A stretch of DNA of 32,000 nt, taken from the NCBI RefSeq assembly GCF_029504745.1, contig NZ_JAQFIQ010000022.1, positions 1 through 32,000 on the forward strand, in the 5' to 3' direction. A model generated the notes under the pieces. The model did not search any database and was not told where the DNA came from. It worked only from the letters and a program-made list of their open reading frames with translations. Each line of letters opens with the position of its first letter. Positions within the stretch are counted from its first letter, which is position 1. This stretch comes from Breznakia sp. PF5-3 (GTDB taxonomy: Bacteria; Bacillota_I; Bacilli_A; Erysipelotrichales; Erysipelotrichaceae). This document shows, in pieces, positions 20,136-28,669 of the stretch. The position numbers were made by a program, and so were the translations under genes.

Positions 20136-20537
20136 TCATTCACTTTCAACCTCATATGCATAAGGCAGTAATTCACTCACTGATATTTTTTTATGTTCTC
20201 CATTAATTTCAAGGATAACCTCACCTTTTGGCATATAGGTAGACAACAATTGTCTACAGTTTCCACATGGTGATAGCACCCCTTCATCTTCTCCACCACG
20301 ATATGCAACAATACATTCAAAATCACGTTCTCCTGCAGTAATTGCATTACCAAGCGCAATCATCTCTGCACAAGCACCATGAAGTGAATACACATTTACA
20401 CCAATGTACATATTTCCATTTCTACAACGAACTGCCGCTCCTACCGTATGATTATAATGAACACCATCATAATTCTTATAAATAACCGCTTTCGCAAGTG
20501 CAAGCAATTCTTCATCTTGCTTTGTTAGTGTTTCCAT
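20136..20537 (-). CDS. cytidine deaminase-fold zinc deaminase, blasticidin-S-deaminase-like subgroup
   Basis: Zinc ligand motifs CAEMIAL and SPCGNCRQLL. The GVNVYS...CIVAY...GVLSPCGNCRQ layout resembles the BSD-type branch more than canonical Cdd, judged from memory and not searched. Start set to ATG 20537, just after the DUF523 stop. The ORF-track GTG 20558 sits within the GAGGAGGA SD. Confidence 0.8.
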   Translation of the reverse strand: METLTKQDEELLALAKAVIYKNYDGVHYNHTVGAAVRCRNGNMYIGVNVYSLHGACAEMIALGNAITAGERDFECIVAYRGGEDEGVLSPCGNCRQLLSTYMPKGEVILEINGEHKKISVSELLPYAYEVESE

Positions 20538-20541
20538 AACT

Positions 20542-20964
20542 TTATAAGTCCTCCTCACTAATTACTTCGATTCCGTGTTTCTTCAATAAAGAACTACATA
20601 TCCCATCACCTTTAACTAACTTCCCTGAAAAAGTTCCATCGTATATCCAATTACTCCCACAACTAGGACTTCTACTTTTTAAAATCGCTTTCTTTATATT
20701 ATTTTCCTGAGCAATTTTAAACACTATCTCTGCACCTTTTTGAAATGCTTCACTTACATCTTCGCCACTAACACTTATTACCTTACCCACTTTTATTTCA
20801 CAAGGATTACGAGGCACCTGCAAACCACCTAACACCTCTGGGCACACAAGAATAACATCCTTATCTTTTACATATTCATCTACCTTGTCATTATGATAAG
20901 CACTTGCATTATAACGACATTCAATTCCTTGCAAACAGGAACTCACTAATACTTTTTCTTTCAT
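20542..20964 (-). CDS. DUF523 family protein (TudS-like putative [4Fe-4S] thiouracil desulfidase family)
   Basis: 140 aa with family pattern VSSCLQGIECRYN, VCPEVLGGLQVPRNPCE, LKSRSPSCGS. AGGAGG SD upstream. Confidence 0.8.
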   Translation of the reverse strand: MKEKVLVSSCLQGIECRYNASAYHNDKVDEYVKDKDVILVCPEVLGGLQVPRNPCEIKVGKVISVSGEDVSEAFQKGAEIVFKIAQENNIKKAILKSRSPSCGSNWIYDGTFSGKLVKGDGICSSLLKKHGIEVISEEDL

Positions 20965-20980
20965 TGTTCCTCCTAAAAAA

Positions 20981-21583
20981 TCACTTTCTTTTATATTGTT
21001 CTAGCTCTGCTTCCCATAAAGTATAGTCTCTTTCAAACAATTCCTCACACATCTGCTGTTTCAGACAATTCCATTGCATTTTTTCTAATAATTTTTGTTG
21101 GACAAACTTTTTGCTTTTCTGCTTATATTCAGGCAGATGATTTCGCTTTAAAATACGTTGTATCTCAGGTCTCCACATCATTGTAATCTGATGTTCTTTT
21201 TTCATCTTTGGATTCACTTGTGCAGGTCGCTTTTCCTCAACACAAATTGCTCCTTGATGCACGGATAATACTAAAATTCCCCATTCTTTTGGAATGTGCT
21301 TATCCACATGTAATGCATGTGATTTCCCAATTGCGATATAATTATAATCACAGTATTTATTATAATTTTTAACTTGTGTCTTCAATCGTTCATAAGTATC
21401 TACATCACTTTTTATTTCAATCCCAAGAATTTTATCTTCACAAACAACTATGAAGTCAGCTCTTGATTTACCAATGATCTTCTCTTCAAATACACGAATC
21501 TTTCCATACATACTTTCTAAATAATCAAATAATGGATCACGGATATCTTCATCATACAATCGAATTTTATCTTCTTCGTACAT
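20981..21583 (-). CDS. PD-(D/E)xK nuclease-fold protein, sce7726/MmcB-like
   Basis: 200 aa. Motif string DIRDPLFDYL ... SRADFIVVCEDKILGIEIKSDVDTYERLKTQVKNYNKYCDYNYI gives a D ... E-x-K arrangement that matches my recollection of the sce7726/MmcB family. TAGGAG SD upstream. Confidence 0.6.
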   Translation of the reverse strand: MYEEDKIRLYDEDIRDPLFDYLESMYGKIRVFEEKIIGKSRADFIVVCEDKILGIEIKSDVDTYERLKTQVKNYNKYCDYNYIAIGKSHALHVDKHIPKEWGILVLSVHQGAICVEEKRPAQVNPKMKKEHQITMMWRPEIQRILKRNHLPEYKQKSKKFVQQKLLEKMQWNCLKQQMCEELFERDYTLWEAELEQYKRK

Positions 21584-21600
21584 ATATACTTACTCCTATC

Positions 21601-22077
21601 TTATTTATGATATGTTTCATTATGGAGAATTTTAAAACTTCGATAAATTTGTTCTAATAAAATCAATCTTGTCATTTGATGTAAGAAGGTAAGATCAGAT
21701 AATTTAAAACGAAAATCACTGCGTTTCATCAATGCTTCACTAACCCCTAAACTACCACCAATCACAAACGTTATATTACTTGTATGGTAGGTTTGAATCT
21801 GTTCAATCTTTGTTGCGAACGCTTCACTTGTCAGCTGTGTACCATGAAGGTCCAACAAAATCATATAGTCGTTATCTTTCACTCGCTTTAATACTTCCAT
21901 ACCTTCTTTATCCTTAATGATTATTTCATCTTTTAAAGATGCATTTCCACCAATCGCTTCATCATTCACCTCAATTATCTCAAGTTTATGATAAGGCTGA
22001 ATACGTTTTTTATATTCTTCGCACAAAGCCTTTAGGTTTTTATCTTTTATTTTTCCAACACCAATAATTTTTATCAT
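21601..22077 (-). CDS. rlmH: 23S rRNA (pseudouridine1915-N3)-methyltransferase
   Basis: 158 aa SPOUT protein. MIKIIGVGKIKDK opening, FVIGGSLGVS SAM loop and C-terminal ETYHK, all typical of RlmH. Confidence 0.93.
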   Translation of the reverse strand: MIKIIGVGKIKDKNLKALCEEYKKRIQPYHKLEIIEVNDEAIGGNASLKDEIIIKDKEGMEVLKRVKDNDYMILLDLHGTQLTSEAFATKIEQIQTYHTSNITFVIGGSLGVSEALMKRSDFRFKLSDLTFLHQMTRLILLEQIYRSFKILHNETYHK

Positions 22078-22083
22078 AGCTGT

Positions 22084-22092
22084 ATTATATCA
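22084..22092 (-). promoter_or_regulatory. extended -10 element TGATATAAT ending 6 nt before the rlmH ATG
   Basis: The minus strand reads TTTTTGATATAATACAGCTATG. There is no SD-like purine run between the element and the start codon. Confidence 0.4.
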
Positions 22093-22111
22093 AAAATATG
22101 CAACAGATACA

Positions 22112-22879
22112 TTAAAGTTTCAATACGCTCTTCATAGCTATTTCAATATACAAATCACTTAACGTCAATCCCTGATCTACATGAAGACCTCTTTGTTGCC
22201 ATACTGTTTCATCTAAACAATCTGCAGCAAATAAAAATTGCCCAAAAGATACCTCCCGAAATTTAGATACCGCTAACAATGCGGAACATTCCATTTCGAC
22301 ACAAAGACATCCTTGTTTTATTCTCTTTTTCATCTTTTTTTGCGTTTCCCGATAAAATGCATCTGTTGTCCATGTACCTCCAGTACAATGTGGAACATTC
22401 ATTTCATCCAAAATCGAACAAATTGTTTGATATGCATGATCATCCATTTCCACGCGTTCAGATGCAGGTAAATAATGATAACTTGTTCCTTCATCGCGAA
22501 TAGCATATTTAGGAACAATAACTTCTCCATCTTCAATTTGATTACTTAAAACACCGCATGATCCAAAATACAGAAATTTTTCTGCACCTATTGCAATCAT
22601 TTCTTCTAACATCGAAGCACTTAAAGCAGCTCCTATTCCAGACATAAAAAAACCTATTTCAACCCCGTTATATTTCGTCTTATAAACAGGGTATCCGCCG
22701 TTTGCTGTTTCATTCACCCAAACGACTTCCACATCATCTCGGCTTGCTAACTTTTCAATAATTGATCTAGTGAAACAAGAAATAATATATTTTGGCATTT
22801 CCTCTACACTTTCTACAATTTCACTTGGATTAATAATTGCATTTCTTTCTTTATCAAAATCAGTTATTAATGGTATCAT
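22112..22879 (-). CDS. nucleoside phosphorylase, PNP_UDP_1 family (uridine-phosphorylase-like)
   Basis: 255 aa. SGIGAALSASMLEEMIAIGAEKFLYFGSCG, RDEGTSYHY and VEMECSALL align by eye with the E. coli Udp motifs TGIGGPS..., RLDGASLHF and YEMESATLL. AAGGGGGA SD upstream. Confidence 0.85.
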   Translation of the reverse strand: MIPLITDFDKERNAIINPSEIVESVEEMPKYIISCFTRSIIEKLASRDDVEVVWVNETANGGYPVYKTKYNGVEIGFFMSGIGAALSASMLEEMIAIGAEKFLYFGSCGVLSNQIEDGEVIVPKYAIRDEGTSYHYLPASERVEMDDHAYQTICSILDEMNVPHCTGGTWTTDAFYRETQKKMKKRIKQGCLCVEMECSALLAVSKFREVSFGQFLFAADCLDETVWQQRGLHVDQGLTLSDLYIEIAMKSVLKL

Positions 22880-22957
22880 CTTATATCCCCCTTAATTTTC
22901 TAAATATAAATTAATTATTCCATTATAAAAATAGTTTGTCAAAAACAGCAAAGCATA

Positions 22958-23075
22958 TAAAAAAGCTTACACCCTATCTATTAGGAATGTAAGCTTTTAT
23001 TTTCAAAATTTATTATGATTAAATTCAAAGTAAAACGAAGCAAGAAGATAGGAAAGGGATATTACTTCGTTTTAC
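22958..23075 (-). ncRNA. candidate small RNA of about 115 nt (5' hairpin with CU-rich loop, AU linker, intrinsic terminator); alternatively the structured 3' UTR of dnaB-yycJ
   Basis: Promoter-like TTGACA (23110-23105), 17-nt spacer, TATTAT (23087-23082). Hairpin 23075-23030 has an 11-bp perfect stem and a 24-nt loop. Terminator stem 22996-22963 is followed by U6. No ATG anywhere in the segment. Confidence 0.3.
22959..22996 (-). terminator. intrinsic terminator (bidirectional in form) in the yycJ/phosphorylase spacer
   Basis: AAGCTTACA (22963-22971) / TGTAAGCTT (22988-22996) with inner CCTA/TAGG pairing. A6 precedes it and a T-rich run follows on the plus strand, which gives U6 on the minus-strand RNA. 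Confidence 0.7.
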
Positions 23076-23120
23076 GATTATATAATATAAATATTTAATT
23101 ACTTTGTCAACTAAAATGGT

Positions 23121-23873
23121 TTATTTTGAATTATTTCCCCCACGGACAATTTCAAACTGTGGTGCACTTATGATACGCAATCTTGATGTATCAATTTGTT
23201 TTGCTTGCAAAGTATCAAGTAAAACAGCTTTTGCTCGTTCTTTTGAATTTCCTTCTTCTGAAATATGAGCAAGTACAATTTCCTTTGTTTTTTTTCCAAC
23301 TAACTCTGCCAATACATTTGCGCTATCTTCATTACAAAGATGTCCAAAATCTCCAATAATTCTCTGCTTCACAAACATTGGTCGCTTTGTAGCCATCAAC
23401 ATTTCAATATCATGATTGCTTTCAAAAATATAATAATCAGCGTTCATTAAGTATGGCTTTATCGCTTCATTTATATACCCCGTATCAGTGATATACACTA
23501 ATTTTTGATCACTGCTTTCAACTACATATCCACATGAGTCTTTTGCATCATGTGATGTAGGAATAACTTTAACTCGGAGCGTATCAAGGGTAATTTCATC
23601 ATACGGCTCAACTTTATAAAATGAATCAATATCTAAATTTGCAAGTGCATATGTATCAATTCCTTCAAACATTTTTAACTGACTGATATGATCTGTATGG
23701 GTATGTGTAACAAACAATGCACTAATTGAATGATAATCAAATTTAAGTCGTTCAAAACACGTAGAAAGATATTTTTTTGTACTACCACAATCAATAACAA
23801 TGGAAGTTTCACAATTTTTAATCAAACAACAATTCCCTTTTGAACCACTTGCTAATAATGCAAATTTTATCAT
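23121..23873 (-). CDS. yycJ: MBL-fold metallo-hydrolase, YycJ/WalJ-like
   Basis: 250 aa. The HTHTDH metal motif is preceded by the KFALLASGSKGN opening typical of YycJ. ATGA overlap with the dnaB stop. Confidence 0.85.
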   Translation of the reverse strand: MIKFALLASGSKGNCCLIKNCETSIVIDCGSTKKYLSTCFERLKFDYHSISALFVTHTHTDHISQLKMFEGIDTYALANLDIDSFYKVEPYDEITLDTLRVKVIPTSHDAKDSCGYVVESSDQKLVYITDTGYINEAIKPYLMNADYYIFESNHDIEMLMATKRPMFVKQRIIGDFGHLCNEDSANVLAELVGKKTKEIVLAHISEEGNSKERAKAVLLDTLQAKQIDTSRLRIISAPQFEIVRGGNNSK

Positions 23874-25246
23874 TGTCCAAACCCCTCAAATGCAGGTTTA
23901 GCGAAATCATAAAAAGCATTTACTGATTTTTTAAAACTCAATTCAAACGTTCCAGTAGCTCCATTACGATGTTTTTGTAGTGATACTTCAACTTGTACTT
24001 CATCTTCTTTTTCGCGTTCTTCAGTATTGGTATTATGATAATCTTCGCGATATAAGAACATTACAATATCGGCATCCTGCTCAATTGCACCCGATTCACG
24101 CAAATCTGATAACATTGGTCGCTTATCACCTGCACGCTGTTCTACAGAACGTGATAATTGTGATAAGGCGATTACAGGAACACTCAATTCTCTAGCTAAC
24201 ATTTTAAGTGAACGGGAAATTTCTGATACCTCTTGTTGTCTACTATCAGAACTTCTTCTTCCACTACCTTCAATCAATTGAAGGTAATCAATCACCACTA
24301 AATCCAAACCTTCTTCCGCTTTTAATTTTCTACATTTAGAAAAAATTTCGGCCATCTTGATAGATGAAGAATCATCAATATATAACTTACATCCTGTAAG
24401 TTTTGTAGCCGCTTCATACAGTTTGTTCATTTCATCATTGTTTAACTGTCCGTTACGCAATTTATTTCCTTCTACTTCACTTTGAGCACTCAACATACGC
24501 TTCATTAACTGTTCAGCAGGCATCTCAAGTGAGAAAATGGCAACTGCTCCATTACTTGTTTTCTTATTGTTCTTTGAAGCTCTAAGCCCAAGATTTAAAG
24601 CAAATGCTGTCTTCCCCACGGAAGGACGAGCAGCCAAGATAATTAAATCACCACGTTGTAATCCATTAGTGATTTCATCTAAGCGACGAAATCCTGTCTT
24701 TACCCCAGTAATTCCATCTTTCGATTTCTGTAATTCACTAATTTCATTCATTACATTACTCACAACCGTGCTACTATTTTGAAAATCGTTAACTCTACGA
24801 TTTCGCGTAACATAAAGTATTTGCTTTTCGGCTTCATCTAAAAGAACATCCAACTCATTTGATGTATCAAAGCCTTCTTCCGCAATTCTCTCAGCCGTTT
24901 CAATCAATCTTCGTGCATCTGCCTTATTTTTCACAATCTCAATATAGTAATTTACATTAGCGCTTGTAACAGCACTATCACTCAATAACAAAATATAGTC
25001 TGCCCCACCTACAAGTGCAAGTTCTTCACGATCTTGCAACTTTGAAATAATACTTGTAGGATCAATCGGTTTTCCTTCTTCCATTAAAGTTACCATCACA
25101 TCAAAAATACGTTTATGAGCTTCTAAATAAAAATCATCTTTACTTAAATCTTGATCATAAACGGTTTGCGAAACTTTGGGATATATCAATAAGGCACCCA
25201 AAATCGCTTGCTCTGCTTCATTATTGTGTGGTAATTCTCTACTCAT
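23870..25246 (-). CDS. dnaB: replicative DNA helicase
   Basis: 458 aa. N-terminal PHNNEAEQAILGALL. Walker A ARPSVGKTAFALN and Walker B VVIDYLQL. AGGAGG SD overlaps the rplI stop. Confidence 0.97.
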   Translation of the reverse strand: MSRELPHNNEAEQAILGALLIYPKVSQTVYDQDLSKDDFYLEAHKRIFDVMVTLMEEGKPIDPTSIISKLQDREELALVGGADYILLLSDSAVTSANVNYYIEIVKNKADARRLIETAERIAEEGFDTSNELDVLLDEAEKQILYVTRNRRVNDFQNSSTVVSNVMNEISELQKSKDGITGVKTGFRRLDEITNGLQRGDLIILAARPSVGKTAFALNLGLRASKNNKKTSNGAVAIFSLEMPAEQLMKRMLSAQSEVEGNKLRNGQLNNDEMNKLYEAATKLTGCKLYIDDSSSIKMAEIFSKCRKLKAEEGLDLVVIDYLQLIEGSGRRSSDSRQQEVSEISRSLKMLARELSVPVIALSQLSRSVEQRAGDKRPMLSDLRESGAIEQDADIVMFLYREDYHNTNTEEREKEDEVQVEVSLQKHRNGATGTFELSFKKSVNAFYDFAKPAFEGFGQ

Positions 25247-25255
25247 AAAAACCTC

Positions 25256-25708
25256 CTACTTTTGTTCACTTAAATGAACATGAATTTCGCCTATTACTTT
25301 ATTCTTATATAAATCAATTTTCACAATCGTTGTCCCTAAACTTGAAACATTGTGAACATCAATTATTTTTCTTTTATCCAAATGAATATCATATTGCTTT
25401 CTCAAACCTTCAATAATTTGTTTGCTAGAAACACTACCAAACACTCTACCGCCCTCTCCTGTTTTCACTTTAAATTCAACAACTGATTTTGCCAAACGTT
25501 CTTTCAAAGCTTTCGCTTCCGCTTCCAAATGTTGTTCTTCTTTTTGCTTGTCGGCTTTTTGCTGATTCAAAATTTCTTTGCTACGCTTTGTTTCCTCAAC
25601 GGCAAACCCTTTTGCGACTAAAAAGTTTCTTCCATAACCATCAGCTACTTCTACCGTTTCTCCTTTTTTTCCTACTTTTTTCACATCTTTAAGCAAGATT
25701 ACTTTCAT
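25256..25708 (-). CDS. rplI: 50S ribosomal protein L9
   Basis: 150 aa with [30 protein letters not shown] opening. GAGGAGGA lies 8 nt upstream, and the gene overlaps the gdpP 3' end by 20 nt. Confidence 0.97.
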   Translation of the reverse strand: MKVILLKDVKKVGKKGETVEVADGYGRNFLVAKGFAVEETKRSKEILNQQKADKQKEEQHLEAEAKALKERLAKSVVEFKVKTGEGGRVFGSVSSKQIIEGLRKQYDIHLDKRKIIDVHNVSSLGTTIVKIDLYKNKVIGEIHVHLSEQK

Positions 25709-27668
25709 ATGTTACATCCTCCTCATTCAAATACTTTTCAAGTTCAACTTCCAATAATTCTAACAACTCCTCGGTAGTCATATCTTCTCTTTGAACTGCA
25801 GCCGCTGTGAAATGACCTCCACCCTGCAATTCTTCCATAATTACCTGTACATTGATGACACCCTTACTTCGTGCAGAAATAGCTACTTGATTTTCACTAA
25901 TTCTACCAACAACAAAGGCTGCTTCTACATTCTTAATACTCAACATAGAGTCGGCACCAATCGACATCAAAGAGCGCTCTAACCTTTCTGTATCATCAAC
26001 ACAAGAGATAATAATATTATCATTATACATCTTACTATACTTTAAGACATTAATTTTTGCCTCAAATTCATCATAATTTTCCTTCAGTAAAGCTTCTGCT
26101 TCGACAGGGTCCACACCCCATTTTTTAAGTTGAGCACATGCCTCAAAGGTACGGAATCCGGTACGCATTTTAAACCGGTTCGTATCCACCAAGATTCCAA
26201 GATACATAATTGTTGCTTCAACTTCACTAATACCAACCTTACCAGGTTGATATGCTATCAATTCACTAATCAATTCACAAGTACTACTTGCACTTGACTC
26301 CAAGTAAACCAAAATTGGTTTCTTAATAAATTCAGATCCTCTACGATGATGATCTAAAACCATTACTCGCTCACTACTATTTAATAACTTCGGTGCATTA
26401 GAATGTGCTGGATTGTGATAATCCAAAATAATCATCAAATCATTCTTCTTTTGCATCCTTAGTGCTTCATCATCACTAATAAAATTATGTCGCTCACTTA
26501 AATGCGCATCATAATATTCCATTGCTTCCTTTAAATGACTTTCTAATCCACCACTTTGAGAAACAATATAAGCCTTCTTTCCATAAGATTGTACAAGTTG
26601 AGAAATTGCAAGATTCGCTCCCATACAATCAAAGTCCATATCCTTATGCCCACTAATAAAAATTTGATTTGACTCCATGATAACTTCTTTAATAGCTTGC
26701 GCCATTACTCTTACACGAACCCTACTACGAGTCGATGTCGCTTCACTTTTTCCACCATAGTATTTTACATCATCCCCATACCGTTTTACAGCGACTTGGT
26801 CGCCTCCACGACTCTGAGCTAACTCCAACAAATCACTTACCATTTCATCCAACGACATAAGCTCCGTATGACCTCTTGCGAAAGCCATTGATAACGTAAT
26901 ATTCACATCAATTTCCGCTGCTTTTCCACGAACATAAGTAAGAATATCGAATTTATTATTTGCTATCTTATCATAAATATCTTCATTTAAAATCAAAAAG
27001 AATCGATCACTACGAAGACGGCGAATAATAATTCCATTATCATTTGCCCAATTCACAATCGGTTGACGAAGATTCAAGTTAATATTCGTCAAGGTTGTTT
27101 CATCTTCAAATGCTTGAATATCCGCATAATTATCCATATGAATCAATCCCACAACCAACGATTCACTTTCATATTTAGATTTCAATTCACTTAATCTCGT
27201 AATATCTCGAACAAACAATACATGTGCTTGTTCTTTTCTCGATAATTCATAAACACGATTTTTATATGTTCCATATATTGTATCCATTTCACCTTGAAAA
27301 AGATCTTCAATTTGAGCAATAAAACTGGTCGCTTTTTTACCTACAATATTAATTCCTCGTGAAATAAGAAAACTACTCACCCAAGTAACTTCGTACTGGT
27401 CATTGTAAGTAATAATACCAACTTCACCAAAATCAAATGCCCCTTTGGCTTCTTTCCCTAATATTCGCGAAATATCAATTGATCGATTTTCCCGCTCATT
27501 TTCTACCGTATACAAAATCCATAAGACAACCGTTGCATTCACTCCTACAATAACAACTAAAGCAATAGCAAGATCTACAAGTCCCAATGCAACCAATAAA
27601 ATAAGCGCAACCAATTCAAGCATTAAAACAATTCCAACTTGAACCTTAATACTTTCCATATATTTCAT
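25689..27668 (-). CDS. gdpP: cyclic-di-AMP phosphodiesterase (DHH/DHHA1, GdpP/YybT type)
   Basis: 659 aa. Two N-terminal TM helices, a PAS-like and degenerate GGDEF region, a DHH motif (LDHHRR) and DHHA1 GGGH. Conserved position between yybS and rplI. Confidence 0.93.
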   Translation of the reverse strand: MKYMESIKVQVGIVLMLELVALILLVALGLVDLAIALVVIVGVNATVVLWILYTVENERENRSIDISRILGKEAKGAFDFGEVGIITYNDQYEVTWVSSFLISRGINIVGKKATSFIAQIEDLFQGEMDTIYGTYKNRVYELSRKEQAHVLFVRDITRLSELKSKYESESLVVGLIHMDNYADIQAFEDETTLTNINLNLRQPIVNWANDNGIIIRRLRSDRFFLILNEDIYDKIANNKFDILTYVRGKAAEIDVNITLSMAFARGHTELMSLDEMVSDLLELAQSRGGDQVAVKRYGDDVKYYGGKSEATSTRSRVRVRVMAQAIKEVIMESNQIFISGHKDMDFDCMGANLAISQLVQSYGKKAYIVSQSGGLESHLKEAMEYYDAHLSERHNFISDDEALRMQKKNDLMIILDYHNPAHSNAPKLLNSSERVMVLDHHRRGSEFIKKPILVYLESSASSTCELISELIAYQPGKVGISEVEATIMYLGILVDTNRFKMRTGFRTFEACAQLKKWGVDPVEAEALLKENYDEFEAKINVLKYSKMYNDNIIISCVDDTERLERSLMSIGADSMLSIKNVEAAFVVGRISENQVAISARSKGVINVQVIMEELQGGGHFTAAAVQREDMTTEELLELLEVELEKYLNEEDVTYESNLA

Positions 27669-27672
27669 CTTT

Positions 27673-28563
27673 TCACCTACTTCCTATTTTCTGATGAAAA
27701 CCAGTAAACATATCATATATACCCAACCAAAGAATTAAGTTATTAATTCCTGGCACAAAACACAATACCATTGAAATAAAAATCAAAGATCGTTTTTGCT
27801 CTTTCATTGCATAAGTTAGTAAAGTAATAAGCCCGCTACTCACACCAATGATAAAAGCAATTGCATATACCATAAAAACATAAGAACTTATTGTTTTATC
27901 AAACATCCCTAAACTGCTTAACATATAAAGTAACCAACTAATGCCTACAAAATATGCCATCCACTTTGGAAATACAACCTCTTGAAGTTGTTTCAATGGT
28001 AAAACATCTACATGAAGCCTCTTCAGCAAGATATGGGCAACCACATGAATTAATATTCCTTGTAAGATACTTGTTCCTATATAAATAATTAACAAGAACA
28101 ATCCTGTAATCGTTTTCGAATTTTCAATTGTTTCAACACTTTGAACGATTTTCAAAAGTTCTCTAAATTCACTAAGTATATTATACCCAAAGATCTCTGA
28201 TAGCACTAGAACTGTTATCAACATTGTAATCAATTGCATGATGATACAAAGAATCAAAAGATGGGCATTCTTCCACTTTTTTGAAACCCCATAACCATAC
28301 ATAACACCAACTATTAATGCCGAAAACAAATAGAAAATGGTTGTTGGTGCTGCAATCATAAAAGATAAAAGCAAACATGAAACACATACGATAAGGCTTG
28401 CTTTTAATCCATATTTCGTACAATAAACAATCATTGGCAAACTAATAAGCCATGATATTGCATCTTCTAAAAAATTCGCCGTTTGACGATTGATGAGTAG
28501 AAAAATTCCAATCATCGCAATCATCATCGCACCTTCACTTATTTGTTTCGTTTTAGAAACCAT
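27673..28563 (-). CDS. yybS: YybS family (DUF2232) integral membrane protein
   Basis: 296-aa polytopic membrane protein immediately upstream of gdpP (4-nt gap), the conserved yybS position in Bacillota. GGTGA SD upstream. Confidence 0.8.
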   Translation of the reverse strand: MVSKTKQISEGAMMIAMIGIFLLINRQTANFLEDAISWLISLPMIVYCTKYGLKASLIVCVSCLLLSFMIAAPTTIFYLFSALIVGVMYGYGVSKKWKNAHLLILCIIMQLITMLITVLVLSEIFGYNILSEFRELLKIVQSVETIENSKTITGLFLLIIYIGTSILQGILIHVVAHILLKRLHVDVLPLKQLQEVVFPKWMAYFVGISWLLYMLSSLGMFDKTISSYVFMVYAIAFIIGVSSGLITLLTYAMKEQKRSLIFISMVLCFVPGINNLILWLGIYDMFTGFHQKIGSR

Positions 28564-28630
28564 AACATCACCTACAACTTATCTTTCATTTTATCAATTT
28601 TTAGCATATTATGAAAGGCTTTTACGAAAT

Positions 28631-28668
28631 AAAGGTAGTAGTTTTTTAACTACTACCTTTCCTTTTTT
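28631..28668. terminator. strong hairpin terminator between the ABC permease gene and yybS
   Basis: Perfect 13-bp stem AAAGGTAGTAGTT (28631-28643) / AACTACTACCTTT (28648-28660) with a 4-nt loop. The plus strand continues CCTTTTTT and the minus strand continues ATTTCG. Confidence 0.75.
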
Positions 28669-28669
28669 A

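Noticed and set aside
22930-22996. Plus-strand reading of the 22963-22996 hairpin as the terminator of a plus-strand transcript (TTGTCA ... TATAAA upstream).
   Set aside because: The hexamer spacing is only 14 nt, and the transcript would consist of little more than the terminator. The minus-strand interpretation is far more coherent.
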